Below, piece after piece: positions 18,768-27,831 of a DNA stretch of 32,000 bases. The notes under the pieces are model-generated. The model worked only from the letters and a program-made list of their open reading frames with translations, ran no database searches and was not told where the DNA came from. The DNA is from Propionibacteriaceae bacterium (lineage in GTDB: Bacteria > Actinomycetota > Actinomycetes > Propionibacteriales > Propionibacteriaceae): assembly GCA_031256725.1 (NCBI GenBank), contig JAIRQE010000005.1, positions 90,001 through 122,000 on the forward strand, given 5' to 3'. The number at the start of each line of letters is the position of its first letter. Position 1 is the stretch's first letter. The translations under genes were made by a program, and so were the position numbers.

Positions 18768-20444
18768 CTAAGCGCGTTCTCGGGAATCATTCTTTGTCAG
18801 GGAGGCCAAAATCTGTGGGCCACGAGAGTCCATGATCTTTCCACCCAGGATGACTCCAAGGATCAGAAGTATCGCTCCCCAGACCAAGCCAAGAATCAAG
18901 ACCAGCCAGGCTTGTACTCCTGTGGCAAAGATAGCCCAGATGCATAAGGGTAAAGCCAAAAGCCCAGCGATGATCAGTGAACCGAACTGGGAGAGCATTT
19001 GTAGACCCATCATTCCGGTCTTCATCTTGAGAGGGGATTCCCCCGGGAGAGCGACAGGATAAATGATCAGGGCTGAGAATAGTGAGGATAGGCCAAGACC
19101 ACACAGGTACAAGGCCATAAGGGCTCCCATAACGGATGGAATCCGCGAGGCATCGAACAAAAATAGTGAAGCAATGATCCCCACGAGGATTATGACTGGT
19201 GCAGCCCAGATGAGTTGCCCGAGAACACGCCCGAGTCTGTCCTGCCATCCTTTGACCCCTGTGGCCAGATGGGTCCACCATGCGGTGGAGTCGGAAGCCA
19301 CATCAGCGGAGAGGCTGTACCCCGCCATGAGAGCCATGAACCCCAATCCGAAGGCGATCATTCCTTTCGAAAGCACTGCTGCTATGGAAGCATCCGTACT
19401 GGGATCAGCGAAACTGGTTGTACCCCATCCGATGATCCCAAACATGATGGGCATCATCAGGATTGCTGGGATCTGACCCATATAGCGAGGATCGCGACGC
19501 CAGTACCTCAGCGAGCGAGCAAGGATGGCAGCCACAGGAATCCAGGATCCCTGGGCCTTCGTTACTCTGGTCACCGAATTGATAATGTCGCCTTTCCCAA
19601 CATCTGCTGTCGAGACTGCGATAGTTGGAGTGATCAGCGCCTTGTCCAAGATCTTGGCGTACAGCCACACACCGGCGACTATGTACACCAGGGTCAACCC
19701 GAGATAGACCAAAGCCATGAGCCAGTACCCCTGACCTGCGGCTCCAACAATGGCCCAGGGGGCACCCAGTGGAGTCCACGCCAGTACAGTGGCCGTGGAT
19801 CGAGCAACCATCATAGCTTCTGCTGGATTTCCGTTCAGCGCGAAGAAGTTAATGCCCATAGATACCCCGTAGACACCCATGGACATGACAAGAACCACAA
19901 CGAGACCGATGAGACCTGTGAGGTCTTTAGCCTTACGAGAAGACAGTGTTCCTGATAGTGCCGTGGAGGCGACCCGACAACCGATTTGGGTCAGAAGGAA
20001 ACCGAGCAACCCGCTGATGACACCCATGACAAGTACTGCTGGAGTCTTCCACCATGGCAGGCCAGTACCTAAACAGATGACGGCAGTGGCGAGCCCTGGC
20101 AACCCAATAGCTCCTGCCAGCAAAAGACCTGGAGCAAGTTTGGTTCCAGTCACAGGAAAGTGGGCGAAGCGAGCTGGATCCAGGGTCTGATCAGCTCCAA
20201 AAAAGATGAGAGGAAGAAGAGTCCATCCCATAACAAGTATGGAACCAGCGATAATGGTAATCGCAGAAGCCATCTCCTCATTCCCGGTGATGGCCATAGA
20301 GGCCACGATGAGCCCAACAAGGATCATTGCGATCATGGATAGTGCGTACAAGGCGAAGAGGATCCAGATAACCAGCCTTGCAGTGGACCTCTTGAGATCA
20401 GCGACAACGAGGTGCAGTTTGAGGCCTAGGAGGGTCGCAACCAT
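18768..20444 (-). CDS. ABC exporter permease, about 12 TM, internally duplicated
   Basis: This is a 558-aa highly hydrophobic protein with about 6+6 helices separated by a soluble loop (about ITPTIAVSTADVGKGD...RYWRRDPRY). It overlaps the upstream ATPase gene by 19 nt, and AGGGAG lies 7 nt before the ATG. The substrate cannot be inferred. Confidence 0.75.
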   Translation of the reverse strand: MVATLLGLKLHLVVADLKRSTARLVIWILFALYALSMIAMILVGLIVASMAITGNEEMASAITIIAGSILVMGWTLLPLIFFGADQTLDPARFAHFPVTGTKLAPGLLLAGAIGLPGLATAVICLGTGLPWWKTPAVLVMGVISGLLGFLLTQIGCRVASTALSGTLSSRKAKDLTGLIGLVVVLVMSMGVYGVSMGINFFALNGNPAEAMMVARSTATVLAWTPLGAPWAIVGAAGQGYWLMALVYLGLTLVYIVAGVWLYAKILDKALITPTIAVSTADVGKGDIINSVTRVTKAQGSWIPVAAILARSLRYWRRDPRYMGQIPAILMMPIMFGIIGWGTTSFADPSTDASIAAVLSKGMIAFGLGFMALMAGYSLSADVASDSTAWWTHLATGVKGWQDRLGRVLGQLIWAAPVIILVGIIASLFLFDASRIPSVMGALMALYLCGLGLSSLFSALIIYPVALPGESPLKMKTGMMGLQMLSQFGSLIIAGLLALPLCIWAIFATGVQAWLVLILGLVWGAILLILGVILGGKIMDSRGPQILASLTKNDSRERA

Positions 20445-21238
20445 GTGAGTTCTCCCTGTGAGTCAGCCCCACCAACCATTTCAATGAATCGGGTTTCAAG
20501 GTCTTGGCCAGCAGCCACCTGGTCGATCGTACCTGCGGCAACCAGTTGCCCCCTTGCGATCACGGCAACATTGTCGCAGAGGCGTTGTACAGTATCCATG
20601 ACATGGGAAGAGAGGATCACCGTTCCGCCATCGCGGACAAAGCCACCCAAGATCTCGGAGATCGCGCGAGCAGAAACGGGGTCAATCGCCTCGAAGGGTT
20701 CATCCAAGACGAGAAGATCAGGGGCATGGATCACCGCACAGGCCAAACCGATCTTCTTGGTCATCCCAGCTGAGTAGTCTGCGACAGCCTTGCGGGCATC
20801 CTCCGTCAATCCGAGTGCCCCCAACAGGTCAGCCGAACGAGCAGCCACGGTTGCCCGATCCATCCCTCTCAAAAGCCCCGTATAGGTCAACAATTCCTGA
20901 CCAGAAAGACGGTCAAAGAGTCTGAGACGATCAGGGAGAACACCGATCTTGGATTTCACGGCGGTGAGGTTATCCCAGACATCGACTCCGGTCACCCAAA
21001 CCTTACCCGCATCAGGTTTGAGAAGTCCGGTCACCATCGACAAGGTGGTGGTCTTCCCGGCTCCATTGGGCCCGACGAATCCGTACATTGACCCGCGTGG
21101 AATATCAAGGTTTACCTGGTTGACAGCACACATTGATCCGAAGGTCTTTGTGAGTCCTCGAATAGCAACCATGGGTGCTTGAGGGAGATCTGCGGTGGGT
21201 GGTACGGATGGGGCCATTGATGAGGCTTCATTTTCCAT
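20426..21238 (-). CDS. ABC transporter ATP-binding protein
   Basis: It has Walker A (GPNGAGKTTTLSM), a Q-loop, the signature YSAGMTKKIG, Walker B (LLVLDEPFEAIDP) and an H-loop (SSHVM). The start is ATG 21238 (leaderless-type) or the internal ATG 21217 or 21172. Confidence 0.93.
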   Translation of the reverse strand: MENEASSMAPSVPPTADLPQAPMVAIRGLTKTFGSMCAVNQVNLDIPRGSMYGFVGPNGAGKTTTLSMVTGLLKPDAGKVWVTGVDVWDNLTAVKSKIGVLPDRLRLFDRLSGQELLTYTGLLRGMDRATVAARSADLLGALGLTEDARKAVADYSAGMTKKIGLACAVIHAPDLLVLDEPFEAIDPVSARAISEILGGFVRDGGTVILSSHVMDTVQRLCDNVAVIARGQLVAAGTIDQVAAGQDLETRFIEMVGGADSQGELTWLRPS

Positions 21239-21245
21239 GGTTACC

Positions 21246-21251
21246 AGTATA
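21246..21251 (-). promoter_or_regulatory. Candidate -10 box for a leaderless ABC-operon transcript
   Basis: The minus strand reads TATACT-ggtaacc-ATG. This is a TANNNT hexamer 7 nt before ATG 21238, with no SD. The surrounding stretch (21239-21300) is AT-rich. Confidence 0.35.
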
Positions 21252-21456
21252 GCAGATCAAAGTATTTTTAGATAACATAAACATGGGTGTCTGTTGATGC
21301 TGATCGCACAACCACAGATCAACCTCTGGATACTGCAACTTCGCGCAGCATGACAAGACTTCGTGGAGGCTAGGAGACGCCAGTCATGTACTTTGGCTAC
21401 CAAAGATCAGACCCAGGTCTCTGCCAGAAATGGGGAAGCTTTCCTAGGATGAGGCT

Positions 21457-22590
21457 ATGCGCGTGGCTATTGTTGCTGAGAGTTTCCTTCCACAGGTCAA
21501 TGGAGTCACAAACTCTGTTGTGAAAGTCGCAGAGTACCTTCAATCTATGGGGCATGAGGGGATCATCATTGCACCCTCTGACGAGTTGGTACCCCCCAGT
21601 TTCGCTGGGTTTCCTGTCGTCCAGATCCCCGCCATTGCCCTACCGATGTACCACGAGGTACGCGTTGGCCTGACCCCAACCTTTGTCCTTGACCGGATTT
21701 TGAAAGAATTCCTTCCAGATGTTGTCCATGTCGCATCCCCTTTTATGATCGGCAGTACCGCGCTGATCTCAGCTGCACACCTCTCGATTCCGACGGTAGC
21801 CATCTATCAAACAGATGTACCCTCCTTCGCCAAGCGATATGGTCTAGGACTCATGGAGCCCGTCGCATGGACCAGGGTACGACAGATCCACGAGTTGGCA
21901 ACCCTGACATTGGCACCCTCCTCCTGGGCACGAGATCAACTCGTTGAACACGAGATTCCCCGGGTAAAGATCTGGGGACGGGGAGTCGATACTATCCAAT
22001 TCAATCCCAGAAACCGAGACGAGAATCTCCACAAATGCTGGGCTCCCGACTCTGAAATTCTCATTGGGTACATGGGCCGATTAGCCCCCGAGAAGCAGGT
22101 ACACGACTTGACAGCACTCACAAGTATCCTCGGTACACGCCTTGTCATCATTGGTACCGGGCCACAGAAGCAGACTCTCGAAGCCTTACTTCCCCAGGCC
22201 CAGTTCACCGACAAACTCACCGGAACCGACCTGGCCCGCGCCCTCGCCACCCTAGATATTTTTGTACATCCAGGGGAACTCGAAACCTTCTGTCAGGCCA
22301 TCCAAGAGGCCCTCGCTTCAGGGGTACCCGTTGTCGCACCCGCCAAAGGAGGCCCCATTGATCTCGTCAATTCGGGGGAATGGGGGTTCCTCTATCCGCC
22401 TGGTGATGTGGCCACTATGCGCACCCAAATAGAGGAACTTGTGAAGAACCCAAGCTTGCGGAGACGGTTTTCCCTGGCCGCGCGGGGGTTCACTGAACAA
22501 CGAAGCTGGTCAACCATCTGCGCACAACTGGTAGAGTTCTACGAAGAGGCCGTCTCCATGACCGCTGGAACCATTGTGGATATGCGGTGA
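21457..22590 (+). CDS. GT4-family (GT-B) glycosyltransferase
   Basis: The N-terminus is MRVAIVAESFLPQVNGVTNSV. The C-terminal region has an E-x7-E-type motif (ETFCQAIQEALASGVPVVA). GGATGAGG lies upstream of the ATG. The acceptor and donor cannot be assigned from sequence. Confidence 0.85.
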   Translation: MRVAIVAESFLPQVNGVTNSVVKVAEYLQSMGHEGIIIAPSDELVPPSFAGFPVVQIPAIALPMYHEVRVGLTPTFVLDRILKEFLPDVVHVASPFMIGSTALISAAHLSIPTVAIYQTDVPSFAKRYGLGLMEPVAWTRVRQIHELATLTLAPSSWARDQLVEHEIPRVKIWGRGVDTIQFNPRNRDENLHKCWAPDSEILIGYMGRLAPEKQVHDLTALTSILGTRLVIIGTGPQKQTLEALLPQAQFTDKLTGTDLARALATLDIFVHPGELETFCQAIQEALASGVPVVAPAKGGPIDLVNSGEWGFLYPPGDVATMRTQIEELVKNPSLRRRFSLAARGFTEQRSWSTICAQLVEFYEEAVSMTAGTIVDMR

Positions 22591-22671
22591 AATAGGATCT
22601 GGCAGCTAGAATGGATTCTCCATACACTAGGGGGAAACAGCGATACTGTTGAGAGACCGGAAGGGGTACGT

Positions 22672-24009
22672 GTGACAGAATCAAGCTCAATGCCTGCGCC
22701 GGTTTGCGCTGTCTTTCTGCGCTCCAATGGAGTCGGGGAGGTACTCATCAACAAGCAGGCAACCAACATTGCCTGTACAGATTTAGCCTCGGCTCGCCGC
22801 AAATCCATCGAGATTCTTATCCAAGCTGCTCAGGGATATACCACCCCATTGCTGGTGATCTGCTCTGATCCTGATGGCCTGTTCCGCCTGGTTGTCTCAG
22901 CAGATGGTCGAGTACAAGAAGCCCCACGCGATCCTGCCCCCGCACCTGCGGCTACACCAGCGCAGACGGCCTATGTGACTGAACCACTTCCACTTCCACC
23001 GTCCAGCCCTTTGCTTCAACCACAGCCTTTCGAGAGCCAACCAGTCGATCCAGACCACTTCGATCCTGTCACTCCCCGTCACGCTTTCACGGCTCCCACA
23101 TCGATATCAAACCCTGCTGAACAGGGATGGAGAGGTGCCCTTGCCCGGCGAGGAATTCCGCTGCCTCCAGGGGATGCCGAACTGGCTGAGCGCGCAGCCC
23201 GCGCTGCAGTGTCCACCCATTGGCCCGCACCGCGCACAATCGCAGTCGTGAACGGAAAAGGTGGCGCTGGGAAGACTCCCACAACCATCTGTTTGGCTGC
23301 AGTCTTTGCGCGACTAGGAGGTTCAGGGGTTCTGGCGTGGGACAACAACCAGACCCGTGGAACCCTCGGATGGCGTACCGAACAGGGACCCCACCAGGCC
23401 ACACTCCTTGATCTTCTCCCTGCGATTCCACAGTTGTTGGATCCTGAGGCCAATGCGACCCATATCGCACCCTATGTTCATCATCAAAGTCGAGACCTTT
23501 TTGACGTACTGCGTTCAAAGTCCGTGGTTCTCGCTGATGAGCAGAGGATCACGCCCTATGACGTGGATGCGATCTGGCGAGTGGCGACCAAGTACTACCG
23601 CCTCATCATCATGGACTCCGGCAACGACGAGTCTGATCCCATGTGGCGACGGATGATCGACCACACCGACCAGTTGGTGACCGCCACAACGACTCGCGCT
23701 GACCATGCTGAAGCTGGTGCCCTACTTCTGGAGGCACTCATGAGGCGCAATGAGCATAGTGCCCGCCTCGCCAAGAACTCGGTTACCGTGATCACACAAT
23801 CCGATCCTAAGGCTCCCGAGGAATCCATTCGTAGGATTTCTGAGGGGTACCAAACCCTGTCACGCTCTGTGGTACACGTACCCTACGACCCCTCGATGCT
23901 TGAAGGCACCCTGTTCTACGACAACCTCAAGCCCACCACTCAAAGAGCCTGGTTGATGGCTGCTGCGGCTGTGGCCAATGGCCTGAGCGCCCAAATGCCC
24001 CTGGCGTGA
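22672..24009 (+). CDS. ParA/MinD-family ATPase with a unique N-terminal domain and a Pro-rich linker
   Basis: It has the deviant Walker A VVNGKGGAGKTPTT with the signature Lys, a switch-like VLAWDNNQTRGTLGW, and a Walker B-like YRLIIMDSGND. An N-terminal domain of about 85 aa is followed by a P/A/Q-rich low-complexity segment (APRDPAPAPAATPAQ...PLPLPPSSPLLQPQP). GTG 22672 is preceded by GGAAGGGG. Confidence 0.8.
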   Translation: MTESSSMPAPVCAVFLRSNGVGEVLINKQATNIACTDLASARRKSIEILIQAAQGYTTPLLVICSDPDGLFRLVVSADGRVQEAPRDPAPAPAATPAQTAYVTEPLPLPPSSPLLQPQPFESQPVDPDHFDPVTPRHAFTAPTSISNPAEQGWRGALARRGIPLPPGDAELAERAARAAVSTHWPAPRTIAVVNGKGGAGKTPTTICLAAVFARLGGSGVLAWDNNQTRGTLGWRTEQGPHQATLLDLLPAIPQLLDPEANATHIAPYVHHQSRDLFDVLRSKSVVLADEQRITPYDVDAIWRVATKYYRLIIMDSGNDESDPMWRRMIDHTDQLVTATTTRADHAEAGALLLEALMRRNEHSARLAKNSVTVITQSDPKAPEESIRRISEGYQTLSRSVVHVPYDPSMLEGTLFYDNLKPTTQRAWLMAAAAVANGLSAQMPLA

Positions 24010-24033
24010 AAGTACCCCCTGAGATATAACAGG

Positions 24034-24039
24034 TACACT
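24034..24039 (+). promoter_or_regulatory. Candidate -10 box for a leaderless mauE/doxX-dsbA-dsbA transcript
   Basis: TACACT-agttgc-ATG is a TANNNT hexamer 6 nt before ATG 24046, with no SD sequence between them. Confidence 0.3.
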
Positions 24040-24045
24040 AGTTGC

Positions 24046-24624
24046 ATGTCCACTGAGCATACTGTTACTCCGTCGCGCGCTGGGTTGCCTTGGATTTCCT
24101 TGGTCGCACGACTCATCATTGGCGGAGCACTACTCATCGCTGGCCTACTATCCATCGTGAATCTCAGGCGATCAGTGGTTAAGGTACAAGCCTACGAACT
24201 GCCCATCCCGGAGTTCCTCGTGACCCTCATAGGGTACTGCCTACCCGTAGTGGAGATTGTGGTGGGGGCAGCAATCCTTGCTGGTTTCCTGACTCGCTGG
24301 ACTGCAGCAATCGGTGGATTCCTCATGATCGTCTACATCGCTGGCATCGCCTCAGCTTGGGCCCGTGGGCTCAATATCGACTGCGGATGTTTCACCCCTG
24401 GCGGGATGCTGGAGCCTGGACAGGACACCAAATACCTCACCGACATTGTGCGGGACATCGGCTTCCTTGCCTGTTCGGTGTGGCTCGTCATCTTCCCAAC
24501 CTCACGAATCTCGATAGATTCGTGGATCAGATCTCCGATTGAACAGGAGCACTATAGTGACCAAGAAAAAGCAGACATCAGTATCGAGTCAAAATGCGAA
24601 GAAAGTAGCAGCCGCCAAAGCTGA
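24046..24624 (+). CDS. MauE/DoxX family redox-associated membrane protein
   Basis: It has four to five hydrophobic helices and the motif ARGLNIDCGCFTPGG (DCGCF), which I associate with MauE/DoxX-type proteins. It is followed directly by thioredoxin-fold genes. Confidence 0.75.
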   Translation: MSTEHTVTPSRAGLPWISLVARLIIGGALLIAGLLSIVNLRRSVVKVQAYELPIPEFLVTLIGYCLPVVEIVVGAAILAGFLTRWTAAIGGFLMIVYIAGIASAWARGLNIDCGCFTPGGMLEPGQDTKYLTDIVRDIGFLACSVWLVIFPTSRISIDSWIRSPIEQEHYSDQEKADISIESKCEESSSRQS

Positions 24625-25441
24625 AGCCGCAAGGAAGAAGCGTAATCGCATCATCATTGTGATCGTTGGTTTCATCGTGATCGCCTTGATACCTGTGGGT
24701 GCGGTCTTGTCACAAATGGATTCAACCCAACAGGATCCAGGTAACCCGGATCAGACAGCGACGGATTCCCCCACGACCCAGTCCCCAACGTTCAACATTC
24801 CACCGAATGGTACTTCTGCTGCAGGCTGGATCTCAATGTCTAGCCCCAATGTCAAACATGATGCCATCATCATTGATGAGCATGTTGACTATCAGTGTGG
24901 CCACTGCCAAGTCACGGACGCCATTGTTGGTGGCCACTTCCAGGAACTCGTGGACCGTGGCGATATCATTGTGAGAGTGCACATGCGTAGCTTCATGGAT
25001 ACCAACAAGGGGGTATTCGTCTCAGTTCCAACTGGAGCAGCCGCCGCCTGTGCTGATGTCGTAGGACGCTACGCCGACTATCATGAAGTCGCATTCAAAC
25101 ATGCCGTGGAGGGCACTCTCACAGCATCACCCGAGCAACTCCGTGATCAGTTCCCCCAAGAGATTGGCATCACTGGAGATGATCTCACTCGTTTCCAGAC
25201 CTGTGTCGACAATAACGAGATGCTGGAATACGTCGAAAAGATGGAGTCCACCAACCTCAAATCACGGACCATTAACGGAGGTGATCAGGATCCCCCCAAG
25301 GGTACTCCGGCCTTCTTCGCCAACTCTAATCCTTTCACAATGAATCAGATCGTAGGCGAGGATGAGGCTACCCAATCTTATGCTCCGATCTATGGATCAG
25401 CCGACGACTTGCTTGCTTTCTTGAGGACAGTGGCAAACTAG
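24557..25441 (+). CDS. Membrane-anchored DsbA/MdbA-like thiol:disulfide oxidoreductase, paralogue 1 (CGHC)
   Basis: It has a basic N-terminus and a single TM (RIIIVIVGFIVIALIPVGAVL). The active site is YQCGHCQ, and there is a KGTPAFF cis-Pro loop and two extra conserved Cys (AAACADVVG, FQTCV). GTG 24557 is 6 nt after AGGAG (24546-24550), while the track ORF starts at TTG 24539. It overlaps the MauE ORF by about 68 nt. Confidence 0.8.
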   Translation: MTKKKQTSVSSQNAKKVAAAKAEAARKKRNRIIIVIVGFIVIALIPVGAVLSQMDSTQQDPGNPDQTATDSPTTQSPTFNIPPNGTSAAGWISMSSPNVKHDAIIIDEHVDYQCGHCQVTDAIVGGHFQELVDRGDIIVRVHMRSFMDTNKGVFVSVPTGAAAACADVVGRYADYHEVAFKHAVEGTLTASPEQLRDQFPQEIGITGDDLTRFQTCVDNNEMLEYVEKMESTNLKSRTINGGDQDPPKGTPAFFANSNPFTMNQIVGEDEATQSYAPIYGSADDLLAFLRTVAN

Positions 25442-25454
25442 AAGAAGGTACTCA

Positions 25455-26387
25455 ATGACAGAAAAGAAAAGAAACATCACCCATCACTACACTCAACGGC
25501 AAACTGCCCTGAAAGCAGAAGCAGCCAAGAAGAGACGCAAACGCATCATTATCACTGTTGTTGGTCTGATCGTAATCGCTCTTGTACCTGTGGGTGTTGT
25601 TCTATCTCAGTTGAACGACACCACATCAAGCAAGCCCAATACCCATGATTTTCCGAGTGGGACACCACAGACTCCCCCCACCATAACCAAGGTCGGCGAC
25701 ATCCTCATCCCTCCGTATGGATCTGAGCAGATGGCTTGGATTACTACAACCCACGCACCTAAACCCGATGCTCTCATTGTCAACGAACACGTTGAGTACC
25801 AATGTGACCGCTGCCAATTGGTACATTCCCTGTATAGCGACCTCTTCCAAGAACTCGCAGATCGTGGCGACATTGTTCTTCAGATACATCTCCGCTCATT
25901 CCTGGACAAAGGCACCTATGAATCCAATGGTGATGTTCTTGATGAGACTGCTCGCGGAATGAGTCTTTCCACCGTCGCTGCATCAGTCTGCGCCGATACG
26001 GTCGGGATGTTTTCTGCCTACCATGATGCTGCCTTCACCCACGCATATAAACAAACCCTGGATGCGTCCCTTGAGCAGTTGATCATACAGATCCCCAATG
26101 AGATCGGGATGACTGGTGGTGAACTGGAAAATTTCCAAGAATGTGTCACCACCGAGATGATGCTCCCCTATGTCTATGCGATGGAGAAGACGAATCTCAC
26201 ATCTCGAACCATCAATGGCAAGGATCACGACACGGTTAGGGGAACTCCCGCTTTCTTCATCGACGGAAACTTCATGATGATGTCAGAGATCGTTGGTCTC
26301 ACGGAGGACCAAACAGACTATATGGCGCTCTTTACCACTGCGGACGAGTTGCTTACCTACCTCATATCAGTTTCTAAGCTACCTTAA
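25455..26387 (+). CDS. Membrane-anchored DsbA/MdbA-like thiol:disulfide oxidoreductase, paralogue 2 (CDRC)
   Basis: The architecture matches paralogue 1, with LKAEAAKKRRKRIIITVVGLIVIALVPVGVVLSQ. The active site is YQCDRCQ, and there is an RGTPAFF cis-Pro loop and conserved Cys in ASVCADTVG and FQECV. By eye it is roughly 40% identical to paralogue 1. GAAGAAGG lies 7 nt before the ATG. Confidence 0.8.
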   Translation: MTEKKRNITHHYTQRQTALKAEAAKKRRKRIIITVVGLIVIALVPVGVVLSQLNDTTSSKPNTHDFPSGTPQTPPTITKVGDILIPPYGSEQMAWITTTHAPKPDALIVNEHVEYQCDRCQLVHSLYSDLFQELADRGDIVLQIHLRSFLDKGTYESNGDVLDETARGMSLSTVAASVCADTVGMFSAYHDAAFTHAYKQTLDASLEQLIIQIPNEIGMTGGELENFQECVTTEMMLPYVYAMEKTNLTSRTINGKDHDTVRGTPAFFIDGNFMMMSEIVGLTEDQTDYMALFTTADELLTYLISVSKLP

Positions 26388-26394
26388 GCCAGTT

Positions 26395-27822
26395 CTACAG
26401 AACCTGCTCTGGGGAGTACTGCGCAGCCTGCGGGTCAGCTTTCACGAGGGCGTCGATTTTCTCAGCAAGTCGTGCGACCTGCTGACGAGCAGCACCAGTC
26501 AGCTCCACTGGAGCAGACATCAAGGCTGCAAGATCCTCCCGGGTCAAACCTAGTCGCCCATCGGTAGCAAGATCATCCAGGAGAGTATTCGGCTCGCCTT
26601 CACGCATCTTGAGTGCTGCGGCAACTGCACATTCTTTGATCACCTCATGGGCCTGTTCACGACCGACACCGCGTTGTACTGCTGCCATGAGGATCTTTGT
26701 TGTTGCCAGGAAAGGAAGGTACCTCCCCAACTCAGTTTCAATAACTCCAGGGAAGGCACCAAAATCCTCAAGGATGGTCAGTAGGGTCTCAAAGAGCCCA
26801 TCCAAGGCGTAGAAGGCATCTGGAAGGGCCACACGGCGTACCACTGAGCAGGAGACATCTCCCTCATTCCACTGATCACCAGCGAGTTCACCAACCATGG
26901 AAAGGTAGCCCCTCAGGATCACAGACAAGCCGTTGACCCTCTCACAGGAACGGGTATTCATCTTGTGGGGCATCGCTGAGGAACCAACCTGGCCGGGGCG
27001 GAAACCCTCAGTAACCAACTCATGGCCAGCCATCAAACGGATCGTCGTCGCCAGATTCGAGCAGGGGGCAGAGATTTGTACCAAAGCGGAAAGTACATCA
27101 AAATCCACGCTTCGCGGATAAACCTGTCCTGTGGAGGTCAAGCATTGGGAGAACCCCAAACTGTGAGCCACCCGATTCTCCAATTCAGCGAGTTTAGCCT
27201 CATCTCCACCGAGCAGATCCAACATGTCCTGGCTGGTACCCATAGGGCCCTTGATCCCCCGCAGAGGATAGCGCTTGATGAGATCCTCCAAGCGCGCGAA
27301 CCCTTGAAGAAGTTCGTCTGCCACAGTGGCAAACCTCTTTCCAAGGGTGGTCACCTGGGCTGCAACGTTATGCGAACGCCCCGCAATCGGCTGATCTGCA
27401 TAGCGTACAGACAGTTCTGTCAGACGAGCCAAGACGGTGATGATCTTGGATCGTACGAGCTTCAAAGATCCGAAGATCTGTGCCTGTTCAACGTTCTCTG
27501 TTAGGTCACGACTTGTCATCCCCTTGTGGATATGTTCGTAGCCTGCGAGGTCGTTGTATTCCTCAATTCGGGCCTTCACATCATGGCGAGTCACCCGCTC
27601 TCGGGCATCAATCGAAGCCAGATCGATCTGATCAATCACTGCGCGATAAGCAGATATAACCTTGGTGGGATCCTCACCACCGAAGTTCACGTTGAGGTCT
27701 GCTTGAGCGGAAAGTACAGCGAGCCAGAGTTCGCGTTCAGCCTTCACCTTCGAGGTTGGGGCCCACAATTCGCGCATGGGGGTGGAGGCATAACGGGTCG
27801 CCAGAACATTGGGTGTCGTCAT
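26395..27822 (-). CDS. purB: Adenylosuccinate lyase
   Basis: It has the fumarate-lyase signature GSSAMPHKMNTRSCE and LATRYAS near the N-terminus. ATG 27822 is 6 nt after AAGGA, while the track start is TTG 27828. The stop is only 7 nt from the stop of the convergent dsbA-like gene. Confidence 0.95.
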   Translation of the reverse strand: MTTPNVLATRYASTPMRELWAPTSKVKAERELWLAVLSAQADLNVNFGGEDPTKVISAYRAVIDQIDLASIDARERVTRHDVKARIEEYNDLAGYEHIHKGMTSRDLTENVEQAQIFGSLKLVRSKIITVLARLTELSVRYADQPIAGRSHNVAAQVTTLGKRFATVADELLQGFARLEDLIKRYPLRGIKGPMGTSQDMLDLLGGDEAKLAELENRVAHSLGFSQCLTSTGQVYPRSVDFDVLSALVQISAPCSNLATTIRLMAGHELVTEGFRPGQVGSSAMPHKMNTRSCERVNGLSVILRGYLSMVGELAGDQWNEGDVSCSVVRRVALPDAFYALDGLFETLLTILEDFGAFPGVIETELGRYLPFLATTKILMAAVQRGVGREQAHEVIKECAVAAALKMREGEPNTLLDDLATDGRLGLTREDLAALMSAPVELTGAARQQVARLAEKIDALVKADPQAAQYSPEQVL

Positions 27823-27831
27823 AGTCAATCC

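Noticed and set aside
18768-21238. ABC ATPase and 12-TM permease considered as a possible defence, immunity or bacteriocin export system.
   Set aside because: There is no adjacent peptide, sensor kinase, regulator or modification gene. The composition and context look like core chromosome. It is only a generic exporter of unknown substrate.
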